From Acutalibacteraceae bacterium (GTDB lineage Bacteria; Bacillota; Clostridia; Oscillospirales; Acutalibacteraceae), in contig JAZSPN010000133.1 of assembly GCA_045537495.1 (NCBI GenBank), positions 985-64,984 on the forward strand: a stretch of DNA of 64,000 nucleotides, in the 5' to 3' direction. This document shows positions 1 through 8,832 of this stretch, piece after piece. Under the pieces are notes generated by a model, which was given only the letters and a program-made list of their open reading frames with translations, was not told where the DNA came from and searched no databases. Each line of letters opens with the position of its first letter. Within the stretch, counting starts at the first letter, position 1. Position numbers and translations under genes: made by a program.

Positions 1-2
1 CC

Positions 3-248
3 GCCTGTGTTTCGGCAAAGTTCGGACTTTCAATTCAGAAGTCGAGAAGTGTTGAGCTTACAAACGCCATCATTAACAATTCAAAAACAGTTTACGGTCT
101 ATATCCCGTTGAGAAAATCGGTTTCGATTCTGTAATCAGCATTTGTCCCGCAAACAAGCTCAATTATATCATAACCGACGGCGATTCTTCGGAGGATGAC
201 TTAATGCAGTTTGAAGAACTCGGAGTTAAAATTAAAATAGCTGAATAA
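3..248 (+). CDS. DeoR/GlpR-family regulator, C-terminal fragment (5' end outside window)
   Basis: Open frame runs from the window edge to TAA at 246-248. The translation ends ...VYGLYPVEKIGFDSVISICPANKLNYIITDGDSSEDDLMQFEELGVKIKIAE, which resembles the effector-binding C-terminus of DeoR repressors. It is absent from the ORF track because it is truncated. Confidence 0.45.
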   Translation, partial: ACVSAKFGLSIQKSRSVELTNAIINNSKTVYGLYPVEKIGFDSVISICPANKLNYIITDGDSSEDDLMQFEELGVKIKIAE

Positions 249-332
249 ACCCACGTACAAAAGCCATATAAGTTCCCCTTTGGGATTAATATGGAAGCAT
301 AATATATTTAAACTGTAATATCTTTATTTCGG

Positions 333-836
333 TTACCGTTCACTAAATTCTAATAATGCCTTTTTAAATGCACCGATTTTACGTGAAGATGTGTAAACCG
401 AATATTTTTTATCGCCGTACTTCACTCTTACCCACTCTTTTGTAACTTCATAAACATAATTGAGATTAACAATAAAACTGTGGTGCGGTTGTGCAAAAGT
501 TTTCAGGTCGAGAATTTCTTTCCAATGGTCAAGGCGGTAATTAGTTTCAACTTTTCTGTCGGTCAGATACAGAACGGATTTTCTGTCTTCAATTGCGATG
601 TAAAGAATTTCATGCGGATAGATTCTGCAAACATCCTTGTTACATTTTTGTACAACGATTCCCGAGTTGCAACAGTATCTTTTACACGCATTTTCATCAC
701 GATGTAAATCGATACAAAATCTGTCACGGTCGCAACACTCGAGCAGATTATATGAGATATCATTTTGCTCCATAAATTCAATCAGTCTGGTTTTGGTCGC
801 TTCCTTTTCTGCCGCGGTGCATACTAACGAATCCAT
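333..836 (-). CDS. LytTR-domain DNA-binding protein with Cys-rich N-terminal region (no receiver domain)
   Basis: The C-terminal ~95 aa (ILYIAIEDRKSVLYLTDRKVETNYRLDHWKEILDLKTFAQPHHSFIVNLNYVYEV...) is a typical LytTR fold sequence. I chose the ATG at 836 because GAGGAAGG lies 7 nt upstream. The 333-950 ORF begins at a TTG with no SD, and the ATG at 857 is an alternative start. Confidence 0.75.
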   Translation of the reverse strand: MDSLVCTAAEKEATKTRLIEFMEQNDISYNLLECCDRDRFCIDLHRDENACKRYCCNSGIVVQKCNKDVCRIYPHEILYIAIEDRKSVLYLTDRKVETNYRLDHWKEILDLKTFAQPHHSFIVNLNYVYEVTKEWVRVKYGDKKYSVYTSSRKIGAFKKALLEFSER

Positions 837-1101
837 AAAAATACCTTCCTCATTCATAATACAGAAATGAACTTCTATATATAAATGACGAAAATCGCAA
901 AATGTTACGCAAAAATTTTTGTTTTTACAAAACTTCTCTGTTTTCGACAAACAGGATCTTGTGTTATTGTGCAGATTTACAACGAAAAGGCAGGATTTTC
1001 GGCTAAGTCGGAGATCGTGCGTTTTATTTTCTGTTTTTAAAATACGCCTATTCCTTTGAAAAGAGTCTGCTAAGATTTAATGTCCCGCGGGCAAAGAGTT
1101 A

Positions 1102-1129
1102 TTGACAAAAAAAATACATCATTTATAAT
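1102..1129 (+). promoter_or_regulatory. sigma-A type promoter, TTGACA-16 nt-TATAAT
   Basis: Consensus -35 (1102-1107) and consensus -10 (1124-1129) lie ~60 nt upstream of the ATG at 1190. Confidence 0.55.
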
Positions 1130-1189
1130 AAAAAGCAGTGTTCTGTGGTTTGATATCGGTTGATGAATCATTTAACCGGGGGTAATAAT

Positions 1190-2551
1190 ATGGAATATAC
1201 TGAGGACTTTAATAAATCGGAGAAATACAAGCAGCTGTATGTTGACGGAATAGAACAGCTTATTGAAAAGAAGCAGCGCGAAGCTTTTTTAAAGCGCAAA
1301 GAATACGCCGAAGATATTCTGACCGATACAGAAAAGTACAGAGAAGATTTCATATCGCTGCTCGGATGGCCGCTGACCGAATACGATAATACGGACATTC
1401 CGAAGGTAAAAAGTGAAAAGCTTTCCGATGAGGACGGATACGGTATTTACAGAGTCAGTGCGGAAATTATGCCCGATGTTATAATAACGGGACTTCTTTT
1501 CAGACAGAATTGTGACGGAAAACGACCTCTCGTCATAGTTCAGCACGGAGGAGAGGGAACGCCTGAGCTTATCTCGGGATTTTACGGCGATACACATAAT
1601 TATCACGATATGCTCATGCGCACGCTGAAAGGAAATGTTCATGTTTTTGCACCGCAGTTGTTGCTTTGGAATGAGCAGTACGGAGCTTTTTACAACCGTG
1701 AAATTATTGATGCGAAATTAAAAATGATCGGCGGAAGCATAACGGCACTTGAGCTCTATTCGCTCAGAAAGGTACTGGATTATTTTGAAAAAGAGGAATA
1801 TGTTTCGTCTTTCGGAATGGCAGGACTTTCGTACGGCGGATTCTACACTCTTTTTGCGTCTGCAGTTGAAAAAAGAATAAGGTCTTCCGTTTCGTGTGCA
1901 TTTTTTAATTCGCGGGAGAATTATTTTTCAACGGACTGGACATGGTTTAAAATGTCGGAAAAATTCGATGATGCCGAGATAGCCTGTCTTTCGTATCCGA
2001 GAAATCTTTATATCGAGGTTGCCGACAGCGATGAGCTCTTCGATTACCGCCATGCGCTGAAATCCTTTAAGAGAGTCAAGGAAATCTGTAACGGAAACGA
2101 TGCGTGGATAGATTTTTCCGTTTACGAGGGTTACCATGAATTTGATAAAAACGAAATTTTTGTTGACAGAATGATACACGATCTTGAGGTGTTTGACGAA
2201 AGAAAAAAGACTGTCAGAGATTTTCTCGGAAAGACGGTTACCGTAAAGATTGACCGTCCTGTCGGATATGTACATAAAAAAGAAAAGTACAGCCTAACAT
2301 ATCCCATAAACTACGGATATATTCCCGAGGTTTTGGGCGGTGACGGAGAAGAGCTCGATGTTTATCTTCTCGGTGTCGATGAAGCCGTCAGTGAATACAC
2401 CGCAAAGGTTATCGGAATAATTCACCGACACAATGACTGTGAGGACAAGCTTGCGGCAGCGCCCGAAGGAATGTTTTTTTCAAAAGAAGAAATAGAAAAG
2501 GCAGTAGCTTTTCAGGAAAAATATTACGACAGCGAAGCAGAGGTTTTATGA
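1190..2551 (+). CDS. alpha/beta-hydrolase (dienelactone hydrolase/esterase-like) fused to a short inorganic pyrophosphatase-like domain
   Basis: Nucleophile elbow GLSYGG sits in the N-terminal ~340 aa. The C-terminal ~110 aa contains YGYIPEVLGGDGEELDVYLLG, which matches the family I PPase signature region (DGDPLDV). The ATG at 1190 is preceded by GGGGG 7 nt upstream; the track ORF starts earlier at the TTG at 1160. Confidence 0.7.
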   Translation: MEYTEDFNKSEKYKQLYVDGIEQLIEKKQREAFLKRKEYAEDILTDTEKYREDFISLLGWPLTEYDNTDIPKVKSEKLSDEDGYGIYRVSAEIMPDVIITGLLFRQNCDGKRPLVIVQHGGEGTPELISGFYGDTHNYHDMLMRTLKGNVHVFAPQLLLWNEQYGAFYNREIIDAKLKMIGGSITALELYSLRKVLDYFEKEEYVSSFGMAGLSYGGFYTLFASAVEKRIRSSVSCAFFNSRENYFSTDWTWFKMSEKFDDAEIACLSYPRNLYIEVADSDELFDYRHALKSFKRVKEICNGNDAWIDFSVYEGYHEFDKNEIFVDRMIHDLEVFDERKKTVRDFLGKTVTVKIDRPVGYVHKKEKYSLTYPINYGYIPEVLGGDGEELDVYLLGVDEAVSEYTAKVIGIIHRHNDCEDKLAAAPEGMFFSKEEIEKAVAFQEKYYDSEAEVL

Positions 2552-3036
2552 AAACAGAGGTTATAGTACAAAAGGGAAGAATTTTTTCCGATCCGCCGGA
2601 AAGGGAACGTGCGGCAGGCAGAGCGATTATAATTGAAAACGGTAAAATTCTGCTGACACATGAAAAAAACACGGGAGTTTACATGACTCCCGGAGGCGGA
2701 CTTGAAGGAAACGAAACGCTTGAGGAATGTTGCAGGAGAGAAGTCGGTGAAGAAGCGGGATATGAAATCGAAGTTACACAGCCGTTTATTACCGTTAAGG
2801 AATACAGCTTTGAAACGCTGTACATAAGCAACTACTTTTTGTGTCGGGTTACGGGTACCTGTCACAATTCGCTGACGGAAATCGAAAAAGAACACGGAGC
2901 GGTCCCCGAATGGATAAGCATTGAAAAAGCGTTTGAGCTTTTCGGTCAATACGATACAAAGAGAGAAGATATCAGAAGTTTGTATCTTCGTGAATTTACA
3001 GTGCTTAACAAATTGAAAAACAGAGGTATGTTATGA
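2548..3036 (+). CDS. NUDIX hydrolase
   Basis: Full Nudix box GGLEGNETLEECCRREVGEEAGY (Gx5Ex7REUxEExGU). The ATGA start/stop overlaps the upstream gene. Confidence 0.85.
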   Translation: MKTEVIVQKGRIFSDPPERERAAGRAIIIENGKILLTHEKNTGVYMTPGGGLEGNETLEECCRREVGEEAGYEIEVTQPFITVKEYSFETLYISNYFLCRVTGTCHNSLTEIEKEHGAVPEWISIEKAFELFGQYDTKREDIRSLYLREFTVLNKLKNRGML

Positions 3037-4181
3037 ACACGAAAAAATTATGTGAAGATTTCTTAACACATCCGTCGGTTTTTGCCGTCTGTGATGAATA
3101 TCAGATTCTGGTTCCGACAAAGTGCGAAACAACCATGTGGATTGATATCAAAGGAGAGTGCTTCTTTGATCATGCCAACGGAGTTTTACGTTCGGACACT
3201 CCCATACACAAAATCAGTGTGCCGATGAAGCTTCTCGACGAAGCAAAGGAATATACCGTCTGTTACCGTAAAATGATAAAAAGAAAATCGTACTTTTCCG
3301 AAACACAAGAGGTTTCACGAATTGTCTATCCCTTCTTTCCGCTCGAAAAAGGAAAAGAAGCGGTCAGGGTATATCATGTTTCGGATTCGCACAGCCGAGT
3401 CGGTGCCGCAATAGAATCGGCAATGCAAAACGGGAAAGAGATCGATCTTTTTGTTCTCGACGGTGATGTTGCCGAGGACAGCAACACAATTGAAAAAATC
3501 GTCGGAATTTTTGAGATTTCGGGCAGTATCACGAAGGGAATGATTCCGTGCATCTATGCAAGAGGAAATCACGATCTTCGCGGACTCTGTGCGGAAAAGC
3601 TTCCCCTTCTCACTCCGAACAAAAACGGAAAAACGTATTATACTTTCCGTCTCGGAGATGTGTGGGGAATGGTGCTTGACTGCGGTGAAGACAAGAATGA
3701 CGACAGCGAAGAGTACGGAAACACTGTCTGCTGTCACACTTTCAGAAAAGAAGTGACACGCTTTATCGAAGAAACGGTTGCAAAGGGTGAATATAAGGAC
3801 GACAGTATAAAGTACCGTCTTGTAATTTGTCATATTCCGTTTACGAGAATAAATTACAGGAATGACGGACTTTTCAATATAGAAAACGAGATTTATAACG
3901 AATGGTGCCGAGTAATGCGTGAGGACATAAAGCCCGATTTTATACTGTCGGGACACGTTCATGTGTGCGAGGTTGTAATGCCCGGAGATCCGATGGACAA
4001 CAGAGGTCAGACCTTCCCCGTAATTCTCGGCGGAAGACCTTGCGCCGTCGACGGAGAAGACGGATTCACCGGTGCATATCTGACACTGGAAAACGGCATT
4101 GTCGGGGTGAAATTTACGGATAATGTCGGAAATGAAGAAAAAAGCACAGAAATAAGGTTAGAAAGAAATGTCGAAATTTGA
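3033..4181 (+). CDS. calcineurin-like metallophosphoesterase
   Basis: Motifs HVSDSH, LDGDV, ARGNHD and SGHVH appear in the canonical order. The ATGA overlaps the Nudix stop. Confidence 0.75.
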   Translation: MNTKKLCEDFLTHPSVFAVCDEYQILVPTKCETTMWIDIKGECFFDHANGVLRSDTPIHKISVPMKLLDEAKEYTVCYRKMIKRKSYFSETQEVSRIVYPFFPLEKGKEAVRVYHVSDSHSRVGAAIESAMQNGKEIDLFVLDGDVAEDSNTIEKIVGIFEISGSITKGMIPCIYARGNHDLRGLCAEKLPLLTPNKNGKTYYTFRLGDVWGMVLDCGEDKNDDSEEYGNTVCCHTFRKEVTRFIEETVAKGEYKDDSIKYRLVICHIPFTRINYRNDGLFNIENEIYNEWCRVMREDIKPDFILSGHVHVCEVVMPGDPMDNRGQTFPVILGGRPCAVDGEDGFTGAYLTLENGIVGVKFTDNVGNEEKSTEIRLERNVEI

Positions 4182-4890
4182 ATCTGTATCGTTGCTGATA
4201 TGCACATCAAACGAAACAACCGCACTTGTCAACACCGTGGAAAAGGTTTTGTCGGTTTGTGACAATGCGGACATATGCGAAATAATGATAATTACGGGAG
4301 ATATTTCGACTCCCGAAAATCTTCGCACGGTTGACGAAATATGCAGCCGTGACTGGCCCGTAAAAATTCGGCACTACCGTCAGAAAAGACCGTTTATCGG
4401 CAGAGCTTTCCGTGAGGGCATTGACGAGGCGAAGGGAAGCCACTTCATAATGATGGTTTCCGATGAGGAAATGGAAATTCCCGCCGTGGCACGGATGATT
4501 TCCGAAGCAAAAAAGCATCCCGATGCGATAATCAAAACATCGAGATGGATGGAAGGCGGCGGTTTTGTCGGCTACAACAGAATAAAGCTTGTCTGCAATC
4601 GGATTTTTCAGAAAATAATGAGAATCGTGTTCGGATTAAAGCTTACCGACATAACGAACTGTTACCAGATAACACCGACCGAGCTTTTTCGGTCGTTGGA
4701 TTTCAAGGAGGAAAAGCATCCGTTCTTTCTGGAAGCAATATTGATTCCCGCCGGGGAAAATGTGGAGATAATCGAAATTCCCGCGAAATGGACACGAAGA
4801 TCCGACGGACTTGACAAAACGGCGTTGCTTCGTTGTTTTCCGTATTTCAAAACGGCCTTCAGAATCAGAAAAAATTTCAAAAAACACTGA
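4168..4890 (+). CDS. family 2 glycosyltransferase (DPM1-like, soluble)
   Basis: The N-terminal VSLLICTSNE..., the acidic MVSDEE motif and the ~240 aa length fit a GT2 catalytic domain. It overlaps the upstream gene by 14 nt. Confidence 0.6.
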   Translation: MSKFESVSLLICTSNETTALVNTVEKVLSVCDNADICEIMIITGDISTPENLRTVDEICSRDWPVKIRHYRQKRPFIGRAFREGIDEAKGSHFIMMVSDEEMEIPAVARMISEAKKHPDAIIKTSRWMEGGGFVGYNRIKLVCNRIFQKIMRIVFGLKLTDITNCYQITPTELFRSLDFKEEKHPFFLEAILIPAGENVEIIEIPAKWTRRSDGLDKTALLRCFPYFKTAFRIRKNFKKH

Positions 4891-4897
4891 CATAAAA

Positions 4898-4944
4898 ACG
4901 GCGATCTGCATCGGTTTTACCTTTGCAAATCGCCGTAATTTTTT
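4898..4944 (+). terminator. putative terminator between convergent genes
   Basis: ACGGCGAT...ATCGCCGT forms an 8-bp stem followed by AATTTTTT. The loop is long (23 nt), so the call is only moderate. Confidence 0.4.
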
Positions 4945-4956
4945 CACTAAAAGAGA

Positions 4957-5901
4957 TTAAAGGCTGTTGAGAATGTTGAGAACACAGCGAAGCTCTTCGG
5001 CTTTTACTTTTTCGACGGGCTTATTATTCTCGACACAGTCGGCAAAGTAGTGTATTTCGTTTGCGTATGCGTTGCTTTTGGGAAGATTGATGTTTCCCGT
5101 ATCGCCTTCCGCCTGTTCGGAAAGGTCGATTCTGACATCATCTCTGCAATAGATCATCATCTTTCCGTTTTCGTTGGCGACAACGGCGTTCTCAAACTGG
5201 AAGCGGAATTCTGCCGTGAACGGATAACAGGAAGAATACCACGAAGCTTCCGAATTTATGCAGAAGTCACCGAAATCATAGGTCACGGCGATGAAGTCCT
5301 GGTCGGGAAGCTTTGAGCGGTACTGATGTGAAACTTTTGGCTGACCGAAAGCGTAAACCATGAAGTCGAGATCGTGAATGTGAAGATCAAACGGAACAAG
5401 ACCGCTTCTCTTTTCGTCCATCATCCAACCGTCCCAGCTCCATCTCGGATAGCAGCCGAGTCTTGTCATGGTGCCCGAAAGAAGTTTACCGTACTTTTTT
5501 GTTTCGTAGATTTCTTTGAGAAGCTCATATTCGGGCCAGAAACGGAGTACCTGGGCAATCATAAATTTAACATTGTTCTTTTCGGCGGTCGAGTAAACTC
5601 TGTCGATGTCTTCCTCTTTGAGAGAAATGGGTTTTTCGCAGATGACGTTGATGCCGCGCTCCATCGCTTTTACCGCAAAGTCCGCATGAAGATATGTGGG
5701 AAGACAGATATCTATTATATCAAATTCCTCCGAATTCAGCATTTCGTCGAAGTCGGTGTACTTTCGTTTATTCTCGTATTTTTCCATGCGCTCGGGACGT
5801 ATATCACAAATAGCCGTAAGCTCTGCATTTTCCATAGCTTCCCATACGGGGATATGCGCACCGCTGATGCCGCCGACACCGACAACTCCTACTTTTAACA
5901 T
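4957..5901 (-). CDS. Gfo/Idh/MocA-family NAD(P)-dependent oxidoreductase
   Basis: MLKVGVVGVGGISGAHIP is a Rossmann N-terminus. AGGAGG lies 8 nt upstream of the ATG at 5901. The longer track ORF (to 6060) runs into the neighbouring gene. Confidence 0.85.
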   Translation of the reverse strand: MLKVGVVGVGGISGAHIPVWEAMENAELTAICDIRPERMEKYENKRKYTDFDEMLNSEEFDIIDICLPTYLHADFAVKAMERGINVICEKPISLKEEDIDRVYSTAEKNNVKFMIAQVLRFWPEYELLKEIYETKKYGKLLSGTMTRLGCYPRWSWDGWMMDEKRSGLVPFDLHIHDLDFMVYAFGQPKVSHQYRSKLPDQDFIAVTYDFGDFCINSEASWYSSCYPFTAEFRFQFENAVVANENGKMMIYCRDDVRIDLSEQAEGDTGNINLPKSNAYANEIHYFADCVENNKPVEKVKAEELRCVLNILNSL

Positions 5902-5933
5902 AATAAAACCTCCTGTATATATTAAAAAATAAT

Positions 5934-6554
5934 TTATCTGCCGAGATATTTTTTTGTGATGATTCTGTAAAGAAGATCGGGCGCCACACGGAATTCCCAC
6001 AGAAAGCCTTTGCCGTTGTCCGTCGGAGAACTGACTTTTCCGATAGACTTGAAGCCGCATTTTTTTGCGATAACCGAAGCTCTGTAAAGATGAAAATCGG
6101 ACGACAGAAATGCTGTTTTCAGGTTATCGGGGTTATCCCCTGCATGAGCTTTTACGATATCGTACGCAAAGACAAAGTTTTCAAATGTGGTTGTGGACTT
6201 ATCTTCGAGAAGAATTCTGTTTTTGTCGATGCCGTGTTCCGTGAGATAATCGGCAATTATCGCGGCTTCGGATTTTTTCTGACCGCTTCTGAAACAGCCT
6301 CCGCACGGAACGATGAAGCATTTTTCGTTTTCTTTGAGATAGCAAAGAGCGGTTTCCATGCGCCGTATGAGATTCGGACTCGGAGTATCCGCACCGATAA
6401 CGCCGCATCCGAGAATCATCAGATAATCGCAGTCGTCACGGTAATTTGTCTTTGCATCCTTATAAACTTTTGACATATGAATTCCCATGGCGGCAGCCGC
6501 ACTTAACGCTATGGCACCGACGGTTGCGGGAATGATTTTCAAAGCGGTTTTCAT
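5934..6554 (-). CDS. DUF218 (YdcF/ElyC/SanA-like) membrane-anchored protein
   Basis: N-terminal TM helix, then ILGCGV...PSPNLIRRMETA...VPCGG...SEAAIIADYL...ILLEDKSTTTFEN, the characteristic DUF218 pattern. The ATG at 6554 has a GGAGGT SD. Confidence 0.8.
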   Translation of the reverse strand: MKTALKIIPATVGAIALSAAAAMGIHMSKVYKDAKTNYRDDCDYLMILGCGVIGADTPSPNLIRRMETALCYLKENEKCFIVPCGGCFRSGQKKSEAAIIADYLTEHGIDKNRILLEDKSTTTFENFVFAYDIVKAHAGDNPDNLKTAFLSSDFHLYRASVIAKKCGFKSIGKVSSPTDNGKGFLWEFRVAPDLLYRIITKKYLGR

Positions 6555-6567
6555 AAGACCTCCGTAA

Positions 6568-8814
6568 TCAGTCAATGAAGCTTTCGGGAACATCTTTTCC
6601 GAAGTCGGGACACGGCTCTTGTGACAGAACAAACGACAGAACACCGCCCGAGGTTATCTCGGAAAAAGAAAGGTACGGTCTCGTCAGTTCTTTTCCGTTA
6701 AAGGAAACAGACTTTATGTACGGAAAAACGAGAGGATCCTTGTCACATTCTACGGAAAAAGTTTCCGACACGTTGCACGGGTGATATTCGGGATTAAGCT
6801 TTACTTTCGCTTTTTTGAAAAGAGGTGTGTTTATAAAGTAAGCGGGATATCCCGGACATACCTGAGCGAAGCCGAGTGCCGACAGAACATACCACGCGGA
6901 AAGCTGACCTACATCCTCATTACCGCAAAAGCCGAAAGCTCCGAGGCGGTAAGCTTCCTTCTGAACACGGCGTGTCCAGTACTGTGTTCTGTGGGGAAGT
7001 GAAAGAATGTCGAAGTAGTGCGTGATGTTGTGACACGGCTCGTTGGAGTGATTGTAATCGTCATTCCAAAGAGCGCCGAGTTCGGCTTTTTCGAAAAATC
7101 TTTCAAGAAGCGTAACCGTTCTTTCTTCGCCGAAAATTTTTGAAAGTCCTATAACATCGTAGGGAGCAAACCACGACTGCTGGAAAATGTTGCTTTCGAC
7201 ACAGCCGTCGTCGTCGTATTCGTTTTCCTCAAAAACAAACTGTCCGTTTTCATCTCGCGGAGCCAAAAATCCGAGTGCGGGATTATAGTTTTCGCCGTAG
7301 CGTTTTACACGGTTCATGAAAAATTCCGCATCGTCCTTGTGTCCGAGTGCATCCGCCATTTTCGCCGTTGTATAGTCGGCGAGGAGAAATTCGAGAGTGT
7401 CGCTGAGTTCATCGGGAACAAAGCCGTCCTCGAGATACTGTTTGCAGTCGGGGCGTACACTGCTGAACGGCTTTCCGAAAAGCTCTTTTTGCGACAGAGA
7501 GGAGGCTTTCGCGATTTCGTACGCTTTTTCTGCATCGAATCTGCAAAGTCCCTTCAAAAAAGCATCTGCAATCACAATGAGTCCGGGGTCGCCGACCATG
7601 CTGTGAGAATCAATTCCCATAAGCTCCCACTGAGGGAACGAAGTGTTTTTGATTTCTGCGATTTTCAAAAGGGAATTAGCGGTATCGTTTACGATGTCGG
7701 GACGGATAACCGACAGAAGCGGAAATTCACTTCGGTAAACATCCCACCCGCTGAACATCGTACGGTGACAGTATTCGTTTTCCGTAAAAATACGGTTATC
7801 AACGGTAAAACGTCCGTCGGCATCTGCGGCGGTACGGGGATCAAGCAACACGTGATAAAGACAGGTGTAGAAAAGGGTGAGATCGGTTTCGTCGGTACCG
7901 TCAACGCTTATGCAGGAGAAAACATCCTCCCATTTGCTGTCTGCATTTTTACATGTGACATCGAAATCAAATTCCCGACATTCCGATGAAAAGTTGTTTG
8001 AAGCACCGTTCATATCCGTGTAGGAAACGGCACATTTGATCGTTACGGGTTCCTTTAAATCTTTTCCGAAGCGGACAGACAAACCGACATCTTCGTGTTC
8101 AAAAGCTTTTACATCTTCGCCCACATATTTTTCGTTGGAAAAGAACTGCATTTTTTCGGCGGGAACTGAAAATTCACACACGAAATAAAGGTTATATGAA
8201 ATTCCTCCGCCTCCCCTGCCGAATCCTCCGCCCTTCGGCGTGCAGATTATTTTTCCTTCGATACGGCGGTCGCTCACGATTTCGATGTGTTCAAAATCGG
8301 CTTTTCCGCCTATTCTTCGTGAGAAGTTGAACAGTGCACGTGCATCGGAGTTTTCGGGATAAGTAATGCGAAGAAGACCGACGTGTTCGGAAACCGTTGC
8401 TTCCGCAAAAATGCCGTACCTTTGAAGCTTCACCGAGTAGTAGCCTGCCTTGGCACATTCTTCATCGTGGGAGAACGGAGATTTCCAGCCGACAGTGCCG
8501 TGTTCGAAGGGTACCTCTTCGTTGCTTCCGCTTCGAAGATCGGTTTCGCCGACAACGGGCATGATCTGAACATTTCCGAGATCACCGTACCAGCCTATTC
8601 CGCTCATGTGATTGAAGCTGAAGCCTTCAATGGTATTATGGCAGTAATTGTAACCCGTGCCGTTGTCGCCGCCCGTTACGGTATCGGGAGATAACTGTAC
8701 CATTCCGCCGGGAACACAGGCGCCGGGATGCGTTTTTCCTCCGCCGTGGGAAAAATCGGACTGTTCGTCACCGACAGTTCCTATTGTCGGATCAACATAC
8801 TTTGTTTTTTTCAT
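6568..8814 (-). CDS. GH92 alpha-mannosidase, no signal peptide
   Basis: N-terminus KYVDPTIGTVGD...HGGGKTHPGACVPGGMVQLSPDT and the 748 aa length are typical of GH92. Confidence 0.88.
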   Translation of the reverse strand: MKKTKYVDPTIGTVGDEQSDFSHGGGKTHPGACVPGGMVQLSPDTVTGGDNGTGYNYCHNTIEGFSFNHMSGIGWYGDLGNVQIMPVVGETDLRSGSNEEVPFEHGTVGWKSPFSHDEECAKAGYYSVKLQRYGIFAEATVSEHVGLLRITYPENSDARALFNFSRRIGGKADFEHIEIVSDRRIEGKIICTPKGGGFGRGGGGISYNLYFVCEFSVPAEKMQFFSNEKYVGEDVKAFEHEDVGLSVRFGKDLKEPVTIKCAVSYTDMNGASNNFSSECREFDFDVTCKNADSKWEDVFSCISVDGTDETDLTLFYTCLYHVLLDPRTAADADGRFTVDNRIFTENEYCHRTMFSGWDVYRSEFPLLSVIRPDIVNDTANSLLKIAEIKNTSFPQWELMGIDSHSMVGDPGLIVIADAFLKGLCRFDAEKAYEIAKASSLSQKELFGKPFSSVRPDCKQYLEDGFVPDELSDTLEFLLADYTTAKMADALGHKDDAEFFMNRVKRYGENYNPALGFLAPRDENGQFVFEENEYDDDGCVESNIFQQSWFAPYDVIGLSKIFGEERTVTLLERFFEKAELGALWNDDYNHSNEPCHNITHYFDILSLPHRTQYWTRRVQKEAYRLGAFGFCGNEDVGQLSAWYVLSALGFAQVCPGYPAYFINTPLFKKAKVKLNPEYHPCNVSETFSVECDKDPLVFPYIKSVSFNGKELTRPYLSFSEITSGGVLSFVLSQEPCPDFGKDVPESFID

Positions 8815-8832
8815 TGTCTACCACACCTTGTA

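Noticed and set aside
3315-3962. 215-aa minus-strand ORF, and similar long antisense ORFs (7339-7989, 5374-5898, 30996-31535, 39775-40323, 42460-43002, 60713-61222, 61502-61954)
   Set aside because: Each lies wholly inside a gene on the other strand that carries clear family motifs. These are typical shadow ORFs, and none has an SD or a recognisable domain.
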